From positions 1,740,001-1,772,000 of the forward strand of contig NC_002937.3 of the NCBI RefSeq assembly GCF_000195755.1: a stretch of 32,000 nt of DNA, in the 5' to 3' direction. This document shows positions 9,106-16,280 of the stretch, piece by piece. Every line of letters begins with the position of its first letter. Positions within the stretch are counted from its first letter, which is position 1. Made by a program: the position numbers and the translations under genes. Source of the DNA: Nitratidesulfovibrio vulgaris str. Hildenborough. Its GTDB lineage: Bacteria; Desulfobacterota; Desulfovibrionia; Desulfovibrionales; Desulfovibrionaceae. The notes beneath the pieces are model-generated. The model had not been told where the DNA came from, made no database searches, and saw nothing but the letters and a program-made list of their open reading frames with translations.

Positions 9106-9984
9106 TCAGGAGAGTCCGGCGGCCTTGCGAAGCGCCTTCACCTCATGGTCTTCCAGTCGGCGACACGCACCACGAGACAGGTTGCCGAGTTCTACGGGAC
9201 CTTGCTGGATGCGCAAAAGGCGAAGCACGGTAAGCCCGAGGTCGCGGCACATGCGGCGAATCTGCCGGTTGATTCCCTGATGGAGCACCATTTCAAGTTC
9301 CACCCCATACTCCGACCGGTCGATGATGTATGCCTCTACAGGCGCCACGCGGTCGCCCTCGGCAAGAGTCATCCCGGAACGCATGGCGGTCAACGCTGCG
9401 GGTGGGATGTCTTCACGAACCAGCACCCTGTAATATTTGGGAAGATGCCATTTGGGATGGGTCAGGCGATGCGTGAGGTCTCCGTCGTCCGTGAGCAGAA
9501 GCAACCCTTCCGAGAAGAAGTCGAGCCGCCCCACAGGATAGAGTCGTACGGTCTTCAGGTCGTCGGGGAGGATGTCGAGGATGGTTGTCCGCCCCTGCGG
9601 GTCGCGCACGGTGGAGACGACCTGAACGGGCTTGTTGAGCATCACATAGGTATGGCGATGCCGGTTCAGCGCTTCGCCGCAAGCCAGCAGACGTCCTTCG
9701 ACCTCGATACGGTCTGTGGCGGGGAAAACACGGCGGCCCATCTCCGTGACCACCTCGCCGTTCACGCGCACTTTCCCGCCCGCGATGAGGGTGTCAGCCT
9801 GCCTGCGCGAGCAGACACCAGCCCCGGAGAGGGCCTTGTTAAGCCTCGTCCCGCCATCCTCCACTTCGTCGGGGGAAGTGCCCGCTTGCGGGGCAGGGAC
9901 GTGGGGCACGGCAGCCCGCTTGCGGGGAGACGTGTGCTGTCGGGTGCTCCGGGAATCACCTTGACGGGGGGAATCATGCTTCAC
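9106..9984 (-). CDS. rluB: Pseudouridine synthase, RsuA/RluB family
   Basis: S4 domain RLNKALSGAGVCSRRQADTLIAGGKVRVNG, catalytic VGRLD motif, and GLLLLTDDGDL. Basic N-terminal extension. The GTG start overlaps the stop of the upstream gene (GTGA, 9981-9984). Confidence 0.85.
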   Translation of the reverse strand: MKHDSPRQGDSRSTRQHTSPRKRAAVPHVPAPQAGTSPDEVEDGGTRLNKALSGAGVCSRRQADTLIAGGKVRVNGEVVTEMGRRVFPATDRIEVEGRLLACGEALNRHRHTYVMLNKPVQVVSTVRDPQGRTTILDILPDDLKTVRLYPVGRLDFFSEGLLLLTDDGDLTHRLTHPKWHLPKYYRVLVREDIPPAALTAMRSGMTLAEGDRVAPVEAYIIDRSEYGVELEMVLHQGINRQIRRMCRDLGLTVLRLLRIQQGPVELGNLSRGACRRLEDHEVKALRKAAGLS

Positions 9985-10619
9985 GGACGGATGACCTTGG
10001 TTGCGAGTTGCAGGCTCGTTACGACGTCAAGCATGTTCGTCGTCTGGCCCACTGCCTTTTCGGACAGAAGCCCGAAATGGTCAAGGCACGTTCCGCATAC
10101 GAGAATGTCGACCCCCATCGCTTCAAGCTTGTTCAGATGCGTAACGGCAGGGTGCTCGCGTGTGGCGAGCCTGACGCCGCCATTGACGCAGACGATGCGC
10201 CAGAGTTCGTCACCGAGTTCGGGCAGTGTCGCGAGGAAATTGGCCATGAGCTTGCCCCCGAGTACGTCATCTCCGGAACCGAGCGTTTCGGAGGTGATGA
10301 AGACGGTCACCTTCTGGGGCATCTCTGCCGTACCAGCGATGGCGGCAATGCCACGGGCATCCATGACTTCGCAATCGCAGGAAGGCGCCACTGCGGAGTC
10401 CTTGCGTACAGCTATGATATTCCAGAGGCCTTCCGGATCGGCATGGACGCTGGTATCGTACCCCCGGCTTGTCAGAAAGCGGGCTACGTTTTCGCTGGCG
10501 GGCGCGTTGTCGACCGTGACGGTGCAACGGGCGGGGGCTTCAGTGTCGAGAAGGGCCTTGCACCGCAGGACAGGCTGGGGGCAGGGAAGTTTCTGGCAGT
10601 TCAGAGTGATTTCTGGCAT
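9981..10619 (-). CDS. YedF-like protein: TusA/SirA-type domain fused to a DsrE-like domain (sulfur/selenium carrier family)
   Basis: 212 aa. The N-terminus MPEITLNCQKLPCPQPVLRCK carries the CPxP TusA motif. The C-terminal half (VTVFITSETLGSGDD...VCGTCLDHFG) looks DsrE/YedF-like. GGAGG lies 5 nt before ATG 10619, so I used Met11 of the track ORF as the start. Confidence 0.7.
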   Translation of the reverse strand: MPEITLNCQKLPCPQPVLRCKALLDTEAPARCTVTVDNAPASENVARFLTSRGYDTSVHADPEGLWNIIAVRKDSAVAPSCDCEVMDARGIAAIAGTAEMPQKVTVFITSETLGSGDDVLGGKLMANFLATLPELGDELWRIVCVNGGVRLATREHPAVTHLNKLEAMGVDILVCGTCLDHFGLLSEKAVGQTTNMLDVVTSLQLATKVIRP

Positions 10620-10730
10620 AGGTACCTCCACGTGCCTGATGACCACCACACAGGCTAAACGTCAAATCGAAAAGCTTCGCCTTTTTTGCCGCCAACCATA
10701 GATTGAATCTATACAACCTCAGGTATCTTC

Positions 10731-12536
10731 ATGGGTGAACCTTCGACAACGCAAAGGGCAAGCCTGCCCCTGTTGCGCCGCATCGGCCGTTATTTTCTCC
10801 CTCACAAGGTTTCGATCGCCCTTTCCATGGGCTGCATGGCTATCGTTTCTGCCACCACTGCGGGAACCGCCTACCTGATCAAGCCCGCTCTTGACGACAT
10901 CTTCATCAACAAGGATGAGCAGGCGCTCTTGCTTGTGCCGGCCTTTTTCATCGTGCTCACCGCGCTCAAGGGCTTCGGCAGATATTTCCAGAACTACTTC
11001 ATGAACTACGCTGGCTTGCGTGTCATTGAAAGCCTGCGGGATCAGCTCTTCACCAAGATCATCCACTTGCCGATGCGATTCTACGAGGATTCGCAGATCG
11101 GCTTGCTCATGTCGCGCATCATCAACGACGTATCCATGATCCGCGACAGCCTGCCGTCGACCGTCATGATCGTCCGGCAGATACTGACCATGGTGGGGCT
11201 CATCGGCGTGGTCTTCTACCAGAACGCCGAACTGGCCACATGGGCGGTTCTCGTGTTGCCGCTGGCTCTCTATCCGTTCATCTACTTCGGGCGCAAGCTG
11301 CGCAAGCTGGGACGACGCAATCAGGAGAAGCTGGCCGACATTTCCGTCATCCTTCAGGAGGTGTTCAGCGGCATCCGGGTTGTGAAGGCTTTCGCCACCG
11401 AAAAGGAAGAAGCCCATCGCTTCGATGCCGAGAACCAGAGACTCGTGAAGCTCACCCTCAAGCAGATTTGCGTCTCTGAGCTTTCATCTCCTGTCATGGA
11501 ACTCATAGGCGCTCTCGGCATCGGTCTCGTCATCCTTTACGGAGGACATGAAGTCATATCCGGCAAGACCACGCCCGGTACGTTCTTCTCGTTCATGGCT
11601 GCACTGGTCATGCTCTACGACCCCATCAAATCGCTGAGCATGGCCAACCGCGAGGTGCAACGTGCCCTTGTCGGGGCTGAACGTGTCTTTGAAATCCTCG
11701 ATGCAGAGGACCTTTGCATCGAAACCTCGGGTGACCTGAAGTTCAACCGCGACTTCAAGGAAGTGTGCATCAAGGATGTGAGCTTCGCCTATGCCGACGG
11801 GTCGCCAGCCCTGAGGGACATCAACCTGTGCGTTCGTGCAGGAGAACGGGTGGCCATCGTCGGGCCAAGCGGCGCCGGCAAGACCACACTGGTGAACCTC
11901 ATCCCCCGTTTCTATGAACCCTCATCGGGATGCATCGAGATTGACGGGGTACCGTTGCAGGACTTCGACCTTGCCGACCTCAGGCGTTCCATATCCGTGG
12001 TGTCGCAAGACGCTTTTCTCTTCAACCTGAGCGTCTCGGACAACATCACCTACGGCACGCCGAATGTCGGCGCCGGACGGATAGAGGCCGCAGCACATGC
12101 GGCGTTCGCTCACGAGTTCGTACAACAACTCGCCCAAGGGTACGATACCGTCCTCGGTGAACGGGGCGTCAAACTCTCCGGGGGTCAGAAGCAACGGCTC
12201 ACCATCGCCCGGGCACTTCTCAAGGACGCACCGCTCCTTATCCTTGATGAAGCGACCAGTGCACTCGACTCGCAAGCCGAGCGTATCGTGCAGAAGGCTC
12301 TCGACAATCTGATGGAGAACAGGACGAGCATCGTCATCGCGCACCGTCTTTCCACGGTGCTCAATGCCGACCGCATCGTAGTCATGGAAGACGGTCGCGT
12401 CGTCGACCAGGGCCCTCATGCCGAGCTTCTCGGCCGGTGCGAGCTTTATACCCGACTGTATTCCATTCAGTTCGGGCAGGAGAAGGCCGACGCAGACCGG
12501 ATAGACGGAACCTCCGAAGAGAAGCTTGAAGCATGA
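10731..12536 (+). CDS. msbA: ABC transporter permease/ATPase, MsbA-like lipid A exporter
   Basis: 601 aa with six N-terminal TM helices, Walker A GPSGAGKTT, signature LSGGQKQR and Walker B LLILDEATSALD. It heads a lipid A gene cluster. Confidence 0.85.
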   Translation: MGEPSTTQRASLPLLRRIGRYFLPHKVSIALSMGCMAIVSATTAGTAYLIKPALDDIFINKDEQALLLVPAFFIVLTALKGFGRYFQNYFMNYAGLRVIESLRDQLFTKIIHLPMRFYEDSQIGLLMSRIINDVSMIRDSLPSTVMIVRQILTMVGLIGVVFYQNAELATWAVLVLPLALYPFIYFGRKLRKLGRRNQEKLADISVILQEVFSGIRVVKAFATEKEEAHRFDAENQRLVKLTLKQICVSELSSPVMELIGALGIGLVILYGGHEVISGKTTPGTFFSFMAALVMLYDPIKSLSMANREVQRALVGAERVFEILDAEDLCIETSGDLKFNRDFKEVCIKDVSFAYADGSPALRDINLCVRAGERVAIVGPSGAGKTTLVNLIPRFYEPSSGCIEIDGVPLQDFDLADLRRSISVVSQDAFLFNLSVSDNITYGTPNVGAGRIEAAAHAAFAHEFVQQLAQGYDTVLGERGVKLSGGQKQRLTIARALLKDAPLLILDEATSALDSQAERIVQKALDNLMENRTSIVIAHRLSTVLNADRIVVMEDGRVVDQGPHAELLGRCELYTRLYSIQFGQEKADADRIDGTSEEKLEA

Positions 12537-13159
12537 AGCTGCCCCCATCGCTTATCTGCCCGCCGTTACTGGCTCTTTACAGAGTATGGTGTCGCACCCT
12601 CAACTTCGAAGAAGAGGGGAGAGCGGCAGTAGACGTCTTGTGGCAGGAACGAAAGCCGATGGTGTTCGCGCTCTGGCACGACGAACTGTTTCCACTCATG
12701 CATGTACGGCGTGAACTTGAAATAGTGACCGTGGTCAGTCAGAGTCGCGACGGCGAGTACCTTGCACGGGTACTGCAGGGGCTCGGTCTGCATACGGCCC
12801 GCGGGTCGAGTTCGCGTGGTGGTGTAAAGGCACTGTTACAGGCCGCGCGCATGATGCAGAAGCAGAACCTGTGCGGCTGCGTCACCGTTGACGGGCCGAG
12901 AGGCCCCCGGCACCGTGTGAAGGAAGGAGCCATCTTTCTGGCGCATCGTGCAAAAGCGCCGATTGTCCCTATACGTCTCTTCATGAGCAGGACGAAGGTC
13001 TTTGCAAAGGCGTGGGATAAGTTCCAGCTTCCTCTTCCGGGAAGCGATGTACGCGTCGTCTTCGGAGCGCCATACCACACTGCAGAGAACGCGCTCGAAA
13101 GCCCCCGGCTAGAAGACGAGCGGCAAAGACTTGAAGCCAAGCTTGAGGCTCTCGCATGA
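12533..13159 (+). CDS. DUF374-family protein (lysophospholipid acyltransferase-like, lipid A/Kdo cluster associated)
   Basis: 208 aa containing ALWHDELFP, SQSRDGE, GCVTVDGPRGPR and IVPI. ATGA overlap with the msbA stop (12533-12536). Confidence 0.7.
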   Translation: MKLPPSLICPPLLALYRVWCRTLNFEEEGRAAVDVLWQERKPMVFALWHDELFPLMHVRRELEIVTVVSQSRDGEYLARVLQGLGLHTARGSSSRGGVKALLQAARMMQKQNLCGCVTVDGPRGPRHRVKEGAIFLAHRAKAPIVPIRLFMSRTKVFAKAWDKFQLPLPGSDVRVVFGAPYHTAENALESPRLEDERQRLEAKLEALA

Positions 13160-14100
13160 ACCGGAGCGCATCCTCTTTCGTCCTTTCAGCCCTTTCAGGA
13201 TTCGCGTCACTCGCCGGCAAGGCAAGCTTCGAAGGGCTTGCCACTTTCGGAGACCGGATGGGCGACCTCATGTGGTACGCCATGCCCGGGCGAAGGCAGT
13301 ATACGACACAAACCATCATCGAACGGCTCGGGGTGCCCGCCGACAGGGCTGAACAACTCGCCCGCGCCAGCTTCAGACACAATGCCCGCTCTTTTCTCGA
13401 AATCCTGCACGTCCATCGCTTCGGGTTCGAGGACAGAGGAGGGCGACTGCATATCGCACAGCCAGATCTCTTCGATGCCCTGTTGCGCAGCAACCGGCCC
13501 ATCGTCGGCGTGACCGCCCATCTCGGTGCATGGGAGCTCTTCTCGGGGCTCCTCGGGCAATTTGATGCATCCCGTCCGCGGATTGTGGTCGTCCGGCGGC
13601 AGGGCAATCCCACACTCAACGCCCTCATCATGCGCCTTCGCAGCGCCCGGGGGGCTGAGGTCATCGAACATCGCGATGCCGCACGCAAGGTGTTGCGGGG
13701 ATTGAAGCACAACGGCATGGCGGGCTTTCTCGTCGACCACAATTGCAACAGGCGCGAAGCCGTCTTCCTGCCTTTTCTCGGCAAGCAGGCTGCGGTCAAT
13801 GTTGGCCCGGCATTGCTCGCCTTGCGGGCTGAAGCCGAAGTCTGGCCCATCTTCCTTGTCCGGGAAGATGACCGCTATGTGCTGCGTTTCAGTTCGCCTC
13901 TGGATACCAGACTCGTATCCGGAGAAAGAGCACAACGAATCGAGACAGTGGCGGCATTCTACACTCAGGCTGTCGAAGAGCATGTCCGAGCCTTTCCCGA
14001 ACAGTGGTTCTGGATGCATAAACGGTGGAAGACAAGGCCCGTAGCCTCTGAAGCCCCGAAAGGGGCTAAAGCCCCAGAAGAGAAAGACCTCTCGGTCTAG
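13156..14100 (+). CDS. Lipid A biosynthesis late acyltransferase, LpxL/HtrB family
   Basis: 314 aa containing HLGAWE, FLVDHN and the C-terminal PEQWFWMHKRWK typical of the LpxL/LpxM family. ATGA overlap with the upstream gene (13156-13159). Confidence 0.8.
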   Translation: MNRSASSFVLSALSGFASLAGKASFEGLATFGDRMGDLMWYAMPGRRQYTTQTIIERLGVPADRAEQLARASFRHNARSFLEILHVHRFGFEDRGGRLHIAQPDLFDALLRSNRPIVGVTAHLGAWELFSGLLGQFDASRPRIVVVRRQGNPTLNALIMRLRSARGAEVIEHRDAARKVLRGLKHNGMAGFLVDHNCNRREAVFLPFLGKQAAVNVGPALLALRAEAEVWPIFLVREDDRYVLRFSSPLDTRLVSGERAQRIETVAAFYTQAVEEHVRAFPEQWFWMHKRWKTRPVASEAPKGAKAPEEKDLSV

Positions 14101-14262
14101 CCCTTGATTGGCATCGGGCGCACACGAGGCAAAGAGCCCTTTGGCTGCCTTGCTAGTGCCCGGTGCCTGTCCTTCAGTATTTCCAAGTACTAGCCGCCCC
14201 TGTAGCAAATACGACATGAAACCCATGATTGCAGTAGGTTAGCGATGTCGGCGTTCCGCAAA

Positions 14263-14290
14263 AGTTAACATAATTTACATTATGGGACAT
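14263..14290 (-). other. dif: dif-like XerC/XerD chromosome dimer resolution site
   Basis: The minus-strand reading is ATGTCCCATAA-TGTAAA-TTATGTTAACT, compared with E. coli dif GGTGCGCATAA-TGTATA-TTATGTTAAAT. That gives 6/11 in the XerC arm (including the inner CATAA), 5/6 in the central region and 10/11 in the XerD arm. It is an AT-rich patch in a non-coding gap. GGGNAGGG motifs switch strand on either side of it (see findings). Confidence 0.75.
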
Positions 14291-14631
14291 GCAGGGGCCT
14301 GTCTCGGGCTCGCCTGCACCGGAAACTTGTCGGCAATCCGATGCGATCCAATCGCTTGTTCGGATTCAAAAAATACGAGGCGAACTCCCCGCAGCGGATT
14401 GTCACGCTTTCGCATACAGAATCTCCACGCGCTTTGCCTTGGCAGCCAGAACATGTGTCTCCGTGAGTCTGCACCGCGGACACTTCTGGACATGCGAGTG
14501 CACGTCAATCCGCCCATGCCGCACTCTGCCGCCGACCATACCAAGCCCCCCGCACGACTTTCGGGGGCACAAGAGACCAAGCCTGCGGCGGAGGCCTCTT
14601 CTGGAGACACCGTTGCCTCGCGATAAGGGAC

Positions 14632-14661
14632 TTGCGTTCTTTTCCGCTCTGTGTTTATAAA
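14632..14661 (+). promoter_or_regulatory. Candidate sigma70 promoter of the CI-like repressor gene
   Basis: TTGCGT (14632-14637), 18-nt spacer, TATAAA (14656-14661). This would give a very short leader before the SD AGAGG (14671-14675). Confidence 0.35.
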
Positions 14662-14679
14662 AGTGAACAAAGAGGTCGT

Positions 14680-15330
14680 ATGGGAACCAATTTCGACAGA
14701 TTCTATGCCCGCGTCATGCAGGCGACTGACATAGCAACACAACAGGCGCTGGCAGCGGCACTTGGTGTGAATCGTTCCGCCGTGACCCAAGCCAAGAATC
14801 GAGACGCGATACCACAGAAATGGATACTCCAGCTGGCACGAGCCTATCACCTCGCCCCCGACTGGCTTGAATTCGGCAAGGGCAGGCAGCACCAGCCCCC
14901 CACCAGTTTGCACGACCCCGAAACGGTCCTCGTTCCCAGAGTCAAGGCTGTTCTCAGTGCAGGGGGCGGCTCACTCGATGTTTCCGGGGGTGTCGTTGAA
15001 AACCTGCCATTCCGGTACGATTGGCTGGCAAGGCGCGGACACCCGGCGCACATGGTCCTCATGAACGTCACAGGCGACAGCATGGAACCAGGCATCAGGC
15101 ACGGTGACACCCTGCTCATCGACCAGTCGCATGTCACAGCCCAGACAGGTGGTGTCTACGCTTTCGGGTATGAAGACTCCATTCTCGTCAAACGCTTTGG
15201 CAGAGACGCAGACGCCATCCTTCTACTGAGTGACAACACGGCGTATGCGCCCATACGCATCCGGGGCGATGAGGCAGACCTGCTCCATGTCATCGGCAAG
15301 ATCGTATGGCTTTGCCGCGCGGTGCAGTGA
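14680..15330 (+). CDS. Phage CI-type / LexA-like repressor with S24 autopeptidase domain
   Basis: 216 aa. The N-terminus FYARVMQATDIATQQALAAALGVNRSAVTQAKNRDAIPQKWILQLARAYHLAPDWLEFGKG resembles the phage CI repressor HTH domain. The C-terminus has the S24 Ser (GDSMEP) and Lys (VKRF), and a possible Ala-Gly cleavage site in LSAGGGS. AGAGG lies 4 nt before ATG 14680 (Met17 of the track ORF). Confidence 0.85.
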   Translation: MGTNFDRFYARVMQATDIATQQALAAALGVNRSAVTQAKNRDAIPQKWILQLARAYHLAPDWLEFGKGRQHQPPTSLHDPETVLVPRVKAVLSAGGGSLDVSGGVVENLPFRYDWLARRGHPAHMVLMNVTGDSMEPGIRHGDTLLIDQSHVTAQTGGVYAFGYEDSILVKRFGRDADAILLLSDNTAYAPIRIRGDEADLLHVIGKIVWLCRAVQ

Positions 15331-15350
15331 GGCCTTTTTTCAGGCCCACC

Positions 15351-15362
15351 ATGTTAACTTTT
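15351..15362 (+). repeat. Inverted exact 12-nt copy of the dif XerD arm plus flank
   Basis: ATGTTAACTTTT (15351-15362) is the exact reverse complement of AAAAGTTAACAT (14260-14271), which covers 9 nt of the dif XerD arm plus 3 flanking nt. No XerC-like arm is present next to this copy. Confidence 0.6.
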
Positions 15363-15388
15363 AGCAACACGAGATACAGGAGAACATC

Positions 15389-15553
15389 ATGCAACAGCGC
15401 TTCTGCCCTTGTGGCCAACCGGTATGGGTTCTGTACATCACCCGCGAACGCGGCTGGCGCTCATTCTTCTACGCCAGAGGCCTTCAGACGGGACGCCGTG
15501 TCGAAACCTGCCCCCATTGCGGCGCCCCCCTCGACATCCACCGTCTGCGCTAG
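15389..15553 (+). CDS. Small Cys4 zinc-ribbon-like protein (54 aa), not in the supplied ORF track
   Basis: AGGAG at 15378-15382 lies 6 nt before ATG 15389, and the stop is TAG 15551-15553. Translation: MQQRFCPCGQPVWVLYITRERGWRSFFYARGLQTGRRVETCPHCGAPLDIHRLR. CPCG and CPHCG form a CxC...CxxC knuckle pair, and the protein is Arg-rich. Confidence 0.6.
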   Translation: MQQRFCPCGQPVWVLYITRERGWRSFFYARGLQTGRRVETCPHCGAPLDIHRLR

Positions 15554-15743
15554 GTGCGCAATGGATGTTGCAACCGCCACGGCGTATGACCGCTTGAGTC
15601 TGCGCCGTGGTCTTTCTCTCGCCAATCCTCTTGAGTCCCCCCTGCCCCGCCAGGCGTCCCAGTGCAAGGCACCAGTGCTGCTGCCCATGCGCGGGGCGAC
15701 GACATCGGATTTCGAGCCTTTTTACTTCTCTGCGACGAGTCCA

Positions 15744-15782
15744 CAAAAAGAAAAAGGATTGCAGCGGCCAGCTACAATCCTT
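15744..15782 (-). terminator. Rho-independent terminator of the secG-tRNA-Leu transcript
   Basis: Minus strand: AAGGATTG-(13-nt loop with an inner AGC/GCT pair)-CAATCCTT, followed by TTTCTTTTTG. Confidence 0.75.
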
Positions 15783-15793
15783 TCATCTTTCAT

Positions 15794-15880
15794 TGGTGCC
15801 GAAGGAGGGACTCGAACCCTCACGGGATTTCTCCCACTACCCCCTCAAGATAGCGTGTCTACCAATTCCACCACCTCGGC
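15794..15880 (-). tRNA. leuU: tRNA-Leu (GAG), type II with long variable arm
   Basis: rc = GCCGAGGTGGTGGAATTGGTAGACACGCTATCTTGAGGGGGTAGTGGGAGAAATCCCGTGAGGGTTCGAGTCCCTCCTTCGGCACCA. The anticodon loop is TTGAGGG (GAG) and CCA is encoded. It lies 12 nt downstream of secG, matching the secG-leuU arrangement I recall from E. coli. Confidence 0.95.
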
Positions 15881-15892
15881 ACTGTTACAACA

Positions 15893-16243
15893 CTAATTGG
15901 CCTTGGGAGCCTCCGTTGCCGGGGCTTCAGGCTGCGCAGCAGGTGCCGCAGGCGCGGCGGACTTCTGCGGGGCGACTTCTTCGAACTTCACGTCGATGAT
16001 GCTGGACTCGTCGGACTTGTGCGAGCTGGTCATGTAGTTGTAGCTCAACGACGTGATGATGAAGAGAACTGCGAGAAAGGCGGTAAGCTTTGCCAGCAGG
16101 CCACCAGCACCGGTGCTGCCGAACACGGAAGCGTTGCCGCCGCCGAAGATGACGCCCATACCCTCTTTGCCGGACTGGAGAAGAACCAGAACGACAAGAA
16201 TCAGACAGGCAATCACATGAAGGGTCAGAACAAGATTCTGCAC
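15893..16243 (-). CDS. secG: Preprotein translocase subunit SecG
   Basis: 116 aa starting MQNLVLTLHVIACLILVVLVLLQSGKEGMG...GGG...FG, then a second TM helix and an Ala/Pro-rich tail. GTG start with AGGAGGA 7 nt upstream. Confidence 0.9.
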   Translation of the reverse strand: MQNLVLTLHVIACLILVVLVLLQSGKEGMGVIFGGGNASVFGSTGAGGLLAKLTAFLAVLFIITSLSYNYMTSSHKSDESSIIDVKFEEVAPQKSAAPAAPAAQPEAPATEAPKAN

Positions 16244-16280
16244 CGTACTTTCCTCCTCGGACGGAACGCGCGGCTACGCG

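Noticed and set aside
9100-10701. 533-aa plus-strand ORF, plus similar long ORFs at 18433..20034 (+), 24677..25939 (-), 6750..7889 (-), 13207..14226 (-) and 23337..24323 (-).
   Set aside because: Each lies antisense to a gene with clear family motifs (rluB/yedF-like, suhB/mreB, rarA, ftsK, lpxL, gcvT). Their products are Arg/Pro/Gly/His-rich and low in complexity, and they lack an SD. Shadow ORFs of this kind are typical of GC-rich DNA.
14280-14660. ORFs 14282..14626 (+), 14289..14660 (+) and 14280..14483 (-) in the gap next to dif.
   Set aside because: None has an SD, and their start codons lie inside or against the dif core. The products are Cys/Arg/Pro-rich with no domain resemblance. I treated the interval as non-coding or decayed sequence.
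14659-14670. Reading AAAAGTKAACA (14260, 14659, and 15351 inverted) purely as a three-copy operator of the CI-like repressor.
   Set aside because: The first copy is part of a full 28-bp dif-like site, which explains it better. The copy at 14659 is only a partial match. The operator idea survives only as an alternative within the module finding.
15554-15793. tRNA-Leu 3' end as the attachment site of the repressor module.
   Set aside because: I found no direct repeat of the tRNA-Leu 3' half anywhere in 14100-15790 and no integrase remnant. The dif-proximal explanation fits the repeats that are actually present.
15306-15896. 196-aa plus-strand ORF spanning the region after the repressor gene.
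   Set aside because: It reads straight through the terminator and the tRNA-Leu gene on the opposite strand. It is also out of frame with the SD-supported 54-codon ORF, which explains the coding signal better.
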